This document shows, in pieces, positions 19,429 through 31,900 of a stretch of DNA of 64,000 nt. Source of the stretch: Flectonema sp. DT1601 (taxonomy: Eukaryota); contig OZ025784.1 in NCBI GenBank assembly GCA_964019425.1, forward strand, positions 1,488,001 to 1,552,000, in the 5' to 3' direction. The notes beneath the pieces were generated by a model. That model searched no databases. It was given only the letters and a program-made list of their open reading frames with translations, and was not told the DNA's origin. Numbering within the stretch: the stretch's first letter is position 1; every line of letters starts with the position of its first letter. The position numbers were made by a program, and so were the translations under genes.

Positions 19429-21183
19429 ATGGTTCTCAATGTGGAAGACAGCAACACAGCGGAGATAACTCACTCTGTTTGTCGTAAGTTAGTTAGACCA
19501 AAGTCTGCTGGTTGTGTAAGGTTTGTTGATTATCTTCTTTTGAGTAGTCTTTCTACACAGATAGCTAGGCTTTGTATTATCAATAACTAATACAGTCATC
19601 CAATAGTGCAAACAAACATTGAGATCAGCGATGAGATATCTGCTGTCGCAGACAGTACGAAAGAATCTTCCATTGAGCACCACGAAAAGGGGAAATGCCG
19701 CCATGGTGCCCGTCCAAAGTCCGCGAGTGGAACGAGGTATGTTTTTGTTATTTTAAAAATTGAAAATACGCAAAAGAATTTCTTTTTAAATTATTCCTCC
19801 TCCGGGCTAAACATAAGTCACTTCATTGATTAAAACAACGTCCATTTTTCAATTTCTTTTTCGGGATGGGATGGGCTGGGGCCGATCTTTCATTTCCGGC
19901 ATAAGGATTGGTAATTAAGAAAAACTTCACCTTAACACATAAGAGGCCATCTGATGAACTCTTTTGAGATACAAATTACTGTTCTCTTTTCATTACATGT
20001 TTGTAGCGGTTCCCGTTTTTCTACCTTCTTGAAATCATTGGTTTGTGTGTTTTCCTTTTCTCTTCTCCTTGTCGAGATCTCCCCAACAGATTGCGTAATC
20101 ACATTTCAAACACATGATTATCAGCGTGTCTTTTGCAATCTGCTCCACACCTTCTTTGGGTGTTTCGTATGGCCGAGAGTGGTGTTTTCTCACCGCATCC
20201 ACACCTTCCTCGGGGGGCGGTCTTTCTGTCGACGGGGAGCGGATTAAGCTCATCTGATATATTTGTTTTATTTATTGTCTCCTGCAGCGGTTCCTAAGTC
20301 TGAGAGTCTCACAGTTGGCTGTTAGATTGCAATTCTTTTTATCCACGTCCCTCATTCTTCCTTCGTGCATGTTTCGAATTCCTTCAGTTCGCGTCCTTTG
20401 CCAAAGCTTGCAGGTTCTGACTTCAAGACCTCGTTCCTTGAAGAACAGCTTCCCGAGCAGCCTTGTGCTGCTTCTTCCAATTCCTTCTGCTCACCTCCGA
20501 AGCTTCTTTCCGTAGTTTAGGAATTATGGGGAAGATAAAATCAGTTAGAGAGACAATTTCCAGTTATTAGTTATCAACTTGTTGTTTTAACGAAATTCAT
20601 AAACAGATTGCGAGAGCTATACAGAGACTGGGAAACAGAACAATCTAAGTGGGAAGTTCTCCGACAAGGAAAGAATGACCTTGTACAGAGAAAGAATAAA
20701 ATATTAGATCTACTGACAGAGAGAAAAACTCCAAAGAAGAAGAACGTCATGCTCTCAAGTGGGATGCAGTTTTTAGTCCAAGAACCAGTTCAGCCTTACA
20801 GACCCGTTATTGGAAGGTCGTCGAGAAGAACCGCGTTTTGTACGGATTATGGTGGCGTTCGTATTACTGGACCAGAGCGGAAATGTGAAAATGAAACACT
20901 TCGACCTCGAAGCGGAACGCCACCGTCACCGAAGGTAGGTGCTCCTTTCAACAGTTTTAAGTCTTCAAAGAGTAGTAAAAAATCGAGGAAAAAAATTCAT
21001 GTTTCTAAATCGGGTCGGCTTCTTCCTCACAGACTTCCAGCTGCTGGGGTGCCTAGTGTGCGACCACTAACAGCCTTTGCGGGGTTTAGTGTAAGAAGAA
21101 TAAGGTGGTACACTGACTACTGTGGTAGGAAAATATTAATTGATCTCAATGACATGCCGAGTGTTAGCAACGATTGGTATTAG
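19429..21183 (+). CDS. Hypothetical basic protein, tentative join(19429..19483,19607..19736,20607..21183)
   Basis: GTAAG and GTATG donors with caatAG and aaacAG acceptors join in frame (SASGTR|LRELYRDWE). The 5' end is uncertain. Confidence 0.45.
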
Positions 21184-21510
21184 TGGTTTCGCTAACTGTT
21201 TTTAAAATCGTCACGATAATATATAAAAAAAACGCCGGTGTACCTTTGCACGCTTTTCAGCGTTCTTCTTGTATGCCGATGTTCCAACTTTACACACCAC
21301 ATCGTCACTCAACCATTATACCAATATAACTATTTACGAGGTGTTACTCTTTTGCATCGCAGGGATTAGTCCTTTGGACTCCTCGTGTTGGTTTAACATT
21401 ATTATGAACCATCTAGGAGTATCAGTAATGTTCATCTTTTTTTTTTAAATTTTTTAGTTTTTCTTTTATAAGTTATTTTACACAATAGTTGAATCACAAA
21501 AAAAAAAAAA

Positions 21511-21954
21511 ATGGTTCAGCACTACAACAAGGGAGCTGGGATGGTTTCCCGTGAGCAGTGGAGATCGCGAAGTAGGAAATCAAAGGTTCAGAGATTGCAC
21601 AGACAGAAGAAGCATAATTTAGAAAAGAATCTTGAGAAAGTTGAAAACATTCAATATCAACTCGAGAGAAAAGAACGTGACAGAGAGAGAGTTGGAAGCG
21701 GTTTAGAAGTTGCAGGACATCACAACCTCCCTGTAGAAATACTAAAACCCGACCCAAAACCTGTTCCAAAAGCAAGAAAACCCCAGGGAAAGCGATTCCC
21801 TGAAGGTAAGCTAATTGGATTCATAAAACCAGAAACAGTAAGATCTAGACTTCAAAAAATATTCGCCGTAGAGAAAGAAACATAAAACATCCATGTCATC
21901 CACGCTCGATAACCATGTAAAGAGAATGAGATAACAGACCTTATCTTATTTTAA
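21511..21954 (+). CDS. Small basic coiled-coil protein, join(21511..21805,21938..21954); the unspliced ORF ends at 21885
   Basis: ATG after an A-run; K/R-rich ORF. A GTAAG...ataacAG intron gives the ending PEDLILF*. Confidence 0.55.
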
Positions 21955-22701
21955 GGTAAAATGTGTATATAACAACGACAAGGCTAACTGGCAGTGAGTT
22001 TTTCCTTTTGCTGATGTGTTCTTGTGTTGCATTTCGTTTTATTGCTTTTCGACTTTAGTCAATGAAGAAGAAAGGCAACAAAAAAAAAATAAAAAAAATA
22101 AAAAAAAGAAAAAGGTGAAGTGAAACCATCGAGTCGTAGTATCGTTCAGTTATCAAATTTCGGAAATCCATCACTTTATTTAGTTAAAGAGTTTCTTCAG
22201 TTTTCAACTTGTAGTTTTTTCCCCCTTCAGTCTGGCACCAACGCTCGTTTCATTTTCTCAATCACAAGACAAGCAAAAAGAGAAATAACCTTAATTTTCA
22301 GAAAATAAGAATAATGCAAATGCTGGACCGTTCCTCTGGAAAAGACAACTTCACCACGTATCCGAAAACCAACAGCGGTGTGACAACTAATGACATTGAT
22401 CCAGAACAAGTCACTGAAGAAGACATCTCCAGTGAAAGTGTAAAAGACTCTCCAGCATCTGTTTGTCGCAGCAATTCTAAAAATGTTCAGTAACTAACAA
22501 CCTACCCAGCTAGCTGATATTATAATGACCGGACAAAACTGGGAGGTGCGATTTTCCCGTTCACAGGTTGCAACAGGTGTTGGTAGCAAAAGCTTCAGTA
22601 ATATGTGTCTGAGAAGATTGAACCCTGGTTACCTTTAAAAGAGTATTGATGTGAATATGTTTTTAAGTTTTTATTTCCCTTTCGTCAGATAATTCAATGA
22701 G

Positions 22702-24079
22702 ATGAATTCTTCAAAGGATCATTTGAGTCGAGATCCGGCATACGCTGCGAGTGAGCGTCTAGCATCCCTCCTAAAACAACAAGCGAAGGAAGGAATATTA
22801 AAACAATTAGATCCCTCTGTAGTGTATCACAGCCTAACTGGAACTGTACAAGGCGCACCAGCAGTCACACGAGCATTATGTCGGTTTTGTGAGTTGGCAG
22901 GTGATGCGCTTTCTTTAGAAGGAACAGCATCTTACAAAGACTTAAAAACAGCGTCAACCATAAGCAGAGTTTATGGCATGAGACTGCAAGACACGGTAAC
23001 TATAAATCACTCGTTGCTTGTGACTAAGATAGTAAGAATCAGAATTCCGTCTACCAAGGCACAGACTCAGCAGAGTAGAGCTATCACGAGAGACTTTCTC
23101 AGATCTCTTCTTGAAGGTAATGTTCCACAAGCAAATAAAACATATCCGGTCTTAGATTTCAGTTATCGTCATATAGAAAGAGCTAGAGATTTATTCTTAA
23201 CAACTCCACGAAGTGGTCGTAAACACATTGAACCAAAACCACAACCTGTTAGCATTTCTAACAAACCAATTTCTAAAACAATCGCTGTGGAACCTGACAA
23301 TGAAGATAGAATAGTTATAAAAGGAAAAGGTAGAGATGGAGAACAGGCAGCCTATTCATTTGACAGAAAAGAAATGAATCTTAAGTATGCTGTGATATTA
23401 TCTTTTTAACTTCCCTGCTACTTACTTAATAAGACTTTTTAATAATAAAAACAAAAAAACAGAGACGACAAAGAAGCAGACTCTGACGAAGATGATTGTA
23501 TCATAAGTGGAGCAAGCAGGCGAGATCAATACGAGGCATCTGCTATCAAGTTGTGCAATAATATGGTTTGAGATAGTTTTTATTTATTTATTTTATTTCA
23601 AAAATCGATTATATCTTTTTTTTAAAAAAAACCATACAAAAAAAAAAAAAAAACAGATTAAATCAGCAAAAAGAATTGACGAAGCGCTAAAACGCCTCTG
23701 CGTTAATGCATTTTATTTCCTAACGTGGATCGACTTGAGTTTTAATAAGCTGACTGAGATTCCTGATTTTTCTCAATTTCCTCTTATAATTCTTTACTTA
23801 CACTCAAATTGTATTAAAAATCTCGGAGAAATCAAACGCCTGACCGCCTTAGAAGACCTACACTCCTTGACACTGTACGGAAACCCAATCCAAGACCAGG
23901 TTGATAATTACAAGTACTCTGTTCTTAATATCTTATCAGAAAAGGGTAACGCTGGATTTACATTAAAAAAATTCGACTTCGCTGTGCTATCAGAAAGGGA
24001 TCGCGCAAACATGAAAACCCTTCACGATTTCACTGTTGGTATATCACCGAAAGATAAAACTCTGATGCCGAATATATGA
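22702..24079 (+). CDS. LRRC51-like leucine-rich repeat protein, join(22702..23384,23463..23565,23657..24079)
   Basis: LDFSYRHI, AIKLCNN, WIDLSFNKL, LYLHSNCI, LTLYGNPI and FDFAVLSERDR occur in the order seen in LRRC51. Two GT-AG introns restore the frame. Confidence 0.8.
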
Positions 24080-24327
24080 AAAAAAAAAAAAAAAGGTCAC
24101 TCCCGGATTCGAACATGTTCAGTTTATTCTTCAACATTTACACTCTAGATTGTTTCTGAATCCTTAAACAGGATACGTCTCTCTCAGATGTACTGTTTTC
24201 ACAGTACGATAGTGTCGACTTTGCAACACATTTCTGTGTGTTTCATTGCAGGGAAATTGTTCCTTTTTCGGAAAAAAAAAAAAAATCATGTTGTTCTTTT
24301 CCAGTTGGTGATGCTAACTTAGCAGCA

Positions 24328-27300
24328 ATGAATTGGACAAAAAAGAAAAACGCTCAGGCGTGCCGTCGTCGAGATGAGCGAGTGCAAAAATTCTTAAGAG
24401 AACAACAAGAAGGAAAGTGGCTGAATATGGTTGCAAAACCAACTAGCAACACTACTACACAAGTTAAGAAACCAGCAGTTATCAAGAGGCGAGTTAGTTG
24501 GGTGAAAGCTAAACGGGGACAAGGAACAATATTAACAGAAGGGGAGAAGAAGTTATGTGCTGAGGCTTTTATCGCCACACACGCGACGTTAAATAATATT
24601 TCAAACACAACTCAGAACAGCACAAACATCCTAACGCGCATAACGAGAAATGGATTAGCAGTAGCCCTACAACGGTTAGGGTTATTCATACCAACAAATG
24701 GTTTTGATAATATCCTTAAAGATATCCCTATCACGTCTAACCAGCAATCGACTACTGAAGACGTCGAAGGATACACTTTCGATGGTTTTATCCATGTGGT
24801 GCAAGAGTTTAAAAAGCAAGCAGTCAGGTCTAGACACAGAGACTCAGATCTGGTTGAAGCCTTTGTTGGGTTGGGAGGAGACTCAAAATCACTAAATGAA
24901 GGAGGAATCCCAGCTAGGAATCTACACGTGTTTATGAAAATGTTGGGAATTTCGTTTGATGAAAAAGCTGCTGTTGGTGATGACGGAGATCTTATCGGAT
25001 TTGATTATGATCGACCAGATGACGATGATGATAATCAGCCATCAGATCACGATGACATCAATGTCATAGCCACTCGTTCAACAGTATCCTACACCCAACC
25101 AGAAAATACAAGCCGCAGATGGAAACGCCTTCTCAACTTCGTCTTGGGTGCTATAAAGTTTCGACGAGCAGTCACTCCTTGGTTCTTAAATAAACCCAGA
25201 ATTAATGCTTTTCTTTCTACGTCAAAAACTCCTGACTACGTCTGTCACCGACGAGAATTCAAACCAGCAACAACATGGGAAGGGAGGAAACACGGATACT
25301 ACTTTACTCGTGGTATGATGGGGATGGGTTATTATTTAATAAAAGATGAACAAACCTATCCATCATTTCACAATGTTGAATTAGCAAAGGCTGAATCTGG
25401 TGGTATTCCAGACGATTGTAATACCGAAGATGAAAATCTCCACCCCCTCGAACGATTACGAAAAAAAGTCATCCGAAGTAAGAAACTGTTAGCCTCAGCA
25501 ACGTCCTCTTCTAAGTTAGAGCCTCGGAAACAAGTCCAAGATAATCAAACGAGGGGTTTATCAAGTGTAGACTGCGCGTCATCAAGAAGTGTTTCAGTAG
25601 AGTCTCAGCAATCCAGCGAATTCGGAAATTATAATTTATTACCGGAAATATGTGTAACTGGACCACCAGCGGATTCACCATCATCTCCGCAGGCAATTTT
25701 TATCGGTCCGGAACCTAGTGTACAGCAGCTATCCCAACCAACATTTGACAGTACTCCCATTTCCCTCCCTGCTAGTAAGACGGCTTCAAGGGTCTTTGGT
25801 AGGGCTTCATTATGCTATGGTGAGGCTCCAGAAGAAATGCAAAAGCCCAGGAGGCGAACACGTTGTTCTCTTACTGAAGCAGTTTTTGGTGACTTTACCG
25901 TCCCAGCTGCTGATGATCCCAACTCTGACAAGTCGACTACTTGTCTTCTGGGGATGGATACCTTTCAATCAGCTGGTGATAACGACGGCATCTTCAAGAC
26001 TTTTGAATCAACTCGCCATGACCGACCCAGCCTCCCATCAAATAACATTGAAAATAAACGGAGGTTATCCTCATCATTTACTGGTTGGACAGGTGCAAAA
26101 TGGCTTTGGCGTGGTCCCAAAGAACTTGAAAAGAAAACAACAAAAGCACAAGAAGAGGGAATTGAACAGGAACAGCGAGCTTTGCGAGCAGACAAACGAG
26201 TATCTGAAATGCTGAGGGAAGTAGTGTTTTCATTAATTGCTTCAAAGCAAGCTGATGATACTTCTTTGTGGAAAGGAAAAACTCTTCCTGGAGGAAAGTA
26301 TGATGACACTGAAGAACACAATTGGTTTGTTTGGCGTGAAGAAGCCGAAGCTATTGAAGCCCAGGCATCTGATCAAGGATCAAGAACATACTCTCAAAGA
26401 TTAAGAGAATTAGACGACCAGTTTACTCTCGAAGAAGGAGAGTGGGAACCATCAGCACACCCTGACAGTGGTATAAGACTCACTCGATACGCTGAAGAAT
26501 TAGGACTACGAGTAACTGATAAGAATGACTACGATGATGTTATCGATGACTTTAATATCGAAAGAATATCTGAACTCTCTGATCTAGTCACCGCTGATAG
26601 ATGCATCCCATTTGAAGACTTCGCCTCCTTCTTCGATCGATTCCGAGTCTACAAAGGAAATGAACATGTTGGTGTATTTAAACTACCCGGACGGAATCGA
26701 AAAACAACACGAGATCCGAGAGAGGTAGCAGCCCAATGGCTGGTACGATCACTCGGAACATTACAAGAGGTTATTAAAAAACCATCACCAATGGTAGAGT
26801 TAGCTATCAGACGTGTATCAAGAGCACATAGTAAGCAAACAATTAACGTTGAGGGTGTTCAAATGACGAAGAGTGATGCCAATGGGGGGTTTTTAACCGT
26901 AGGACCGACAAGTTGTTTTGGAAACAAACCTAATAAGAAAGGAATAACCACCACAAATAGTAAACATCGTCCATTTCAATCTGGTAGTCCAATTCTTATA
27001 ACATTTAGTGGGAAGGTTGTAACTCCGTGGTCAGGTGTAAAGTATAAAAATACTTCTCGACGTGAAGCAGGGATACTAGTTAAAGGAGGCTGTAGATCTA
27101 TTTTAATGGATTGGGATAAGATCCTCAAAGACATAGATTCCTTAGACAAAGGGGATACTGTCATAAATGGCGACTCCATTATCCAAACAGCCGAAGAATC
27201 CAACGACAGCAATCTTCCATTTGATGATAATCATTCTGAAGAACTAATCGAACCAGATTGTAGTTCAGAAGTCACTGTTAAGGATCAACCACAAATAACA

Positions 27301-28185
27301 ACTCCTCTCAGTCCATACACACCTGTTGCAGACTTTCGTTTTGAGAAGCGTAGAGAGGTTGTTGGTGATGTTAGTCCACCTGATCAATTATTAGAAACGG
27401 TCAACATCTGTGTCACTGACACCTCACAGACACTTATCAACTCTGGTTGTTATATTGCTCCACCAGCTGTGGTTTCTCACTTCACTGAAATTGTTGCCAG
27501 AATGTCTCACTTTTCAACAAACCCACAATGGATGGCTTCCTCCCGTAGGTCTGCTACTCCAGTTCCACTTACAGAGAAAGTAGTCGATGAATTCTACAAC
27601 CCGCAGTCTGCTCAAAAGGGAAAAGCGAGATCCCATCATAAAAACGCCGCCCCGCCTGTACCGAAACGAAGGGGAGTGACCCTTCGAAAGCGGTTGCGAA
27701 ATGCCGTTCTGCGAGACCTCCAAGAGACTAATAATGAAATCTTAGAAGAAAAGAAACTGCTGGCACGCAAGCAACGAGATCGCGAGCGCAATGCCACGGC
27801 TGAGAGAGAGATGGTGAAGTTGAGAGAAGCAGCGATTGATCGGAAAATCAATGAGAGAGCACAGCGACCAAGCAGTTCCTGCAGTACCAGCAGTGGTAGA
27901 CTTAAGTTGTCATATCCAAAGCAGGCGGTAGAACAGCTTCAGTTTCGTGAAATGAGAAATCGTATCAACGTCTCACCTGAAGGTACTTCACCTGAAGGTA
28001 CTATCTGTTCACTTGTTACTGCTGACAGTATTGATGTTGATGTTGTTACAGTTCCTTCATTATCTCCATCTCCTCCTCCAAGACTCCTTCCTAGTAAGTT
28101 AGACAACTTTCACTCTCATATGAGAGATACTTATCTCACGAAACACTTCGTCAGATATCATTCAACTCAATCAAGTCAACCTTGA
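24328..28185 (+). CDS. Large hypothetical protein with degenerate EF-hand-like region and long disordered segments
   Basis: 3.9-kb ORF; ATG follows a pyrimidine-tract AG. YTFDGFIHVV...DLVEAFVGLGG...LHVFMKMLG fits a calmodulin-like pattern. Coiled coil near the C-terminus. Confidence 0.8.
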   Translation: MNWTKKKNAQACRRRDERVQKFLREQQEGKWLNMVAKPTSNTTTQVKKPAVIKRRVSWVKAKRGQGTILTEGEKKLCAEAFIATHATLNNISNTTQNSTNILTRITRNGLAVALQRLGLFIPTNGFDNILKDIPITSNQQSTTEDVEGYTFDGFIHVVQEFKKQAVRSRHRDSDLVEAFVGLGGDSKSLNEGGIPARNLHVFMKMLGISFDEKAAVGDDGDLIGFDYDRPDDDDDNQPSDHDDINVIATRSTVSYTQPENTSRRWKRLLNFVLGAIKFRRAVTPWFLNKPRINAFLSTSKTPDYVCHRREFKPATTWEGRKHGYYFTRGMMGMGYYLIKDEQTYPSFHNVELAKAESGGIPDDCNTEDENLHPLERLRKKVIRSKKLLASATSSSKLEPRKQVQDNQTRGLSSVDCASSRSVSVESQQSSEFGNYNLLPEICVTGPPADSPSSPQAIFIGPEPSVQQLSQPTFDSTPISLPASKTASRVFGRASLCYGEAPEEMQKPRRRTRCSLTEAVFGDFTVPAADDPNSDKSTTCLLGMDTFQSAGDNDGIFKTFESTRHDRPSLPSNNIENKRRLSSSFTGWTGAKWLWRGPKELEKKTTKAQEEGIEQEQRALRADKRVSEMLREVVFSLIASKQADDTSLWKGKTLPGGKYDDTEEHNWFVWREEAEAIEAQASDQGSRTYSQRLRELDDQFTLEEGEWEPSAHPDSGIRLTRYAEELGLRVTDKNDYDDVIDDFNIERISELSDLVTADRCIPFEDFASFFDRFRVYKGNEHVGVFKLPGRNRKTTRDPREVAAQWLVRSLGTLQEVIKKPSPMVELAIRRVSRAHSKQTINVEGVQMTKSDANGGFLTVGPTSCFGNKPNKKGITTTNSKHRPFQSGSPILITFSGKVVTPWSGVKYKNTSRREAGILVKGGCRSILMDWDKILKDIDSLDKGDTVINGDSIIQTAEESNDSNLPFDDNHSEELIEPDCSSEVTVKDQPQITTPLSPYTPVADFRFEKRREVVGDVSPPDQLLETVNICVTDTSQTLINSGCYIAPPAVVSHFTEIVARMSHFSTNPQWMASSRRSATPVPLTEKVVDEFYNPQSAQKGKARSHHKNAAPPVPKRRGVTLRKRLRNAVLRDLQETNNEILEEKKLLARKQRDRERNATAEREMVKLREAAIDRKINERAQRPSSSCSTSSGRLKLSYPKQAVEQLQFREMRNRINVSPEGTSPEGTICSLVTADSIDVDVVTVPSLSPSPPPRLLPSKLDNFHSHMRDTYLTKHFVRYHSTQSSQP

Positions 28186-28388
28186 TCACAACTCCAACAG
28201 TACATTTATACATTTGGTAGTAGTTTTGTTTAGTTTTTAGTTTTTCTGTTACTGACTTTATATTTATTCTAACGAACTGCAGCTTTTCAGCTATCATCCT
28301 TGTTAGATCATTTACTGTCTGCAGATTTTTTTTTTTCTTTTCTCTGAACTTCTTTATGTTCCTCTCCACCAGAACTTATAATATAACA

Positions 28389-28619
28389 ATGCTTTGGTTC
28401 CCTGATTGGTGGGTTGAATTATCTGAGAATTTAGGACTTCCTCCGTTCTTTACTTTCTTTATTGTTGGGTTCCTAATCTACGCATATCTGACAAATAGAA
28501 AATATGGAGAAGGTGCTCCAATTGTAAACACGAAGGCACAACCAACTAAAGAAGAGAAAATGTCACTTGCAAAAGATGCGATTGGCAAACGGAGGAGACG
28601 CGGGCCTATGCGAACATAA
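28389..28619 (+). CDS. Small single-pass membrane protein (76 aa)
   Basis: ATG follows ttcctctccaccAG. Transmembrane segment FFTFFIVGFLIYAYL and a basic tail. Confidence 0.65.
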   Translation: MLWFPDWWVELSENLGLPPFFTFFIVGFLIYAYLTNRKYGEGAPIVNTKAQPTKEEKMSLAKDAIGKRRRRGPMRT

Positions 28620-28933
28620 ATAACTTTGATAGACTGCGTTAGATGTGAATCGAATACTGACCCTCTGTAGTGTTTGATGACGTCCGTTGTCGTATCTAAT
28701 CAGACTTTGAATTCTTGTGGGTAGCATACTGTATTTCTAATTTTATAAAATAGAAATTTATAATTGATTTTATTGATCTGATTTTCTTCAGTCAGATGTC
28801 GTTAGGTGTTGTTGTTGTTGTTGTTATTCTTAACTTAAATATTCTCTTCTTCTCCCCCTTTTCAGTAGTGACGATTTCTTTTTGGTGAAATTATTGATAT
28901 GTTCAACTAAGCGAGGAGGTCCTTAATTTATTA

Positions 28934-31900
28934 ATGTCAGCAACTACAAAGAACCTTCCTACTTTAGGTGGAAGGTTGCGACAGTTGAAAGAAGGAATGA
29001 GAGTTGAGAAATTTGATCATCGTCAGCAACACCTAAATCAACATGCGAGGAGTGAACCACAAACTACTACAACGACAACAACAACAACAACTACAACAAC
29101 TACAGATGATGATGCGTGGATTCAAGCATTGTTGTTAAATGATGATACTGCAGCAACGGTAACTGAAATGAGAAGAAATGCAAGTGCCCCTCGGATTGAC
29201 AAACACTACGCACCAGAACCAGCAGGTTATTCAATACCGTCAACAAGAAGTACTTCAAGAGTTAATTATCTTCCCACATCTCCAATGAATGGAAATCGTA
29301 TGAACGTAACATCAACTGAGGCAGCTATCGAGAACTTAGAAAGAGCTACCCGAGTGTTTCAAGAAGTCACTCAACTATATGATGATGTTACTCTACCTGC
29401 CCCTCCAAGTGGTGTTTCAATGCCAGCACCAGTAGTAGCAACGTTACCTCCCAGACATAATAGTGGAGGTTCTGTTAGTGGTAGAAGTCGGTCTGCTCGT
29501 CCATCACCTTCAGTTGATGTAAATGGAGGATTAGATTTTAATTTGGGTGTCAGTCCCAACAGACTTCATGAAACTACAGAAGATAAATGGTTAACAGCAA
29601 GACCACCTGGTATTCGGAATAGTAGATCTGCTTCAAGAGATAGACCTGAGAGAGGAAGACCATCAGCATCATTGGATATGTTAGCAGTACTACCCAGATC
29701 TAGATCTTATGAGTCAAGAGCTAGTCCTAGTCCTGTTCATCAATTACAAGATATTAGAAGAGAAGGAAGTCGATTAGCAGCTACTGACCAAGATTACTAT
29801 CCTTCTCGACAACAATCCAACAACAGCCTCCCACCATCTCCAAGGGGTTGGGGACTTCCTTCTGAACGAGACCGACCAGATTGGACAAGAACTAAAGATA
29901 CAGCTGATCCACAAAAATATTTCTCTGATCAAGTCAGAGCTTTAGAAGAAGGATTTACAGCTCTACGAAGTGAGCAATCAAGATTGAATAATAGAGAAGT
30001 TCAACTTCGAAGTCGAGAGAAAAGCTTTCGACCAGACTCACCGCGAATAGTTCCAGCTCCAGTATGGTCAGATATCAACCAGTTTAATAACATGAATGGA
30101 AGTGAGAAATTACAAATTGAAAATGGTGCTCCTCGTGACAGACCACAACGAGCATCACGACAGTCGAGTCCTCACCCAGTGATATCTGGTCCTGGCGGTA
30201 GGTCTGAATTTCGTAGTAAATTAGAACAACAACAAGTTCAGTTAAACAATGCATTTCAGAATGAAATAAGAGATCACGAAGCAAATACTCGTGCTGTGCT
30301 ACAGTCAATTGATGTCAGTCGTAGTCACCTTTCCAGACCTCCACGCAGCAACTCACCAACAAATTACTTCGACAACTCTATTCCGTCAAAGAATGACATC
30401 CGCAGGACTGTCAGTCCAGGTAGGTTAGATATTCCAGCCAATAACACTTACGGAATTGGGTATGAATAGTTTCTTTATATTTGATGAGGTATACTGGCTT
30501 GGTCATAGTGAGGGAAAAAAAATAAATCAAAACAGGTCACCTAATGCAGTGGGAAGTTTGCAATCGTCACCCAGACCACAGAAGCAACCGCAACAACTAC
30601 CCTTGTCTCAGGTATGTCAATAGAGGTTTATTATTTAATAGCACATATGAGGATTTGAAATACAAAACGAAACCAAAATTACCACAGGGCAATGATTGGC
30701 TAACTGCTCCTATCAAAGACCCTTTTGGAAGGGTAGCTGACCCAGATCAGCAGAGTAAGGAACAAGCTCAGCGTCAAGAACAACAAGAGACAGGTTTAAA
30801 TGATACCCCAAGATCTAATATCATTACACCAGCTTCTGGTAGTTTAAAGAATTCAGTAAGAGGTGGTCAAATATCAATTGCTCCAAAGACAATAAAACCT
30901 GTCATTCCATCAATATGGGCTTCTAGAGAAGCTCAGGGTGAAATGGCGAAATCACCTCCCCGTCAACACCGACCTGCATCATATCAATCTGCGGAAAGTC
31001 CAGCCAGAGTTGAAGACAGACTTTCACCGAGACGTATGAAACCAGAAGAGAGTCCAGTCACTATTCTGATTGATGCGGAAGCAGAGTCAAAGATAACTGT
31101 AGCTGCCAGACCTGGGGATACGATGGCTCAAATTAAAGCAAAGATACAAGAATTAAGACCTTCGATGCCAATGGAATTAGTAATTCTCCTCCACAAAGGT
31201 AGTGAAGTAGAAGATTCTCTTCGACTGTGTGACTACGATGTTGATGATCAAAACTCTCTTCAATTATTGATAAGATCTGTTCCACCGGCAGCACCATTAC
31301 AAATTGCTGCGTCACCGCCTGCGGCAGTTGGATCTGCGGTAGCTATTGGAGGTGCTTTTGAGCCACCGAGAGCAGCCTTACCGCTACCTTCAAAGAAGGT
31401 ATTCGTGAAGTCAGTCAACTCCTCAGTAATAGACATTACTGTAATACAAGGTGAGGATGAATCAACGTTGTTATCAATAACAAGACAAAGATTAAAGCTA
31501 CCTGATGTCCCAATGATCATAAGAGACCCAGCTGGTGTTGCTGTCAGACTTCTGTTTGAAGAAGTAAGTGTTGGTAATATTTATACTTTATCTCCTGCAG
31601 CTATTGAAGCTGCTCCGTTTGGAAACACACAACCACAATTACAACCAGTTACAGTACAACCGCTGTTGCCATTGCAGCCTGCTGCAGTACAACCGCTGTT
31701 GCCATTGCAGCCGGTTGCGGTACAGCCGGCTGCAGCACAACCGCTGCTGCAACCGGCTGCAGTGCCGTTGCGTCCGAATTCACCTGCTGGATCACCTCAG
31801 AGGCCTGACTTGTCAGAGTTATCTCCTGTCTTTAGTGCTGATGTAGACATACCTTCAGCTATTCCTTCGGTAAAAACTGGTTGGCGAAATATATTCGAAC

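Noticed and set aside
22314..22493. 59-aa + strand ORF after ttttcAG
   Set aside because: No recognisable motif; cannot be told apart from a chance ORF.
24094..24114. tRNA 3'-end-like GTTCGAATCCGGGAGTGACCT plus T-run on the minus strand
   Set aside because: Only ~21 nt; the rest of the cloverleaf is absent.
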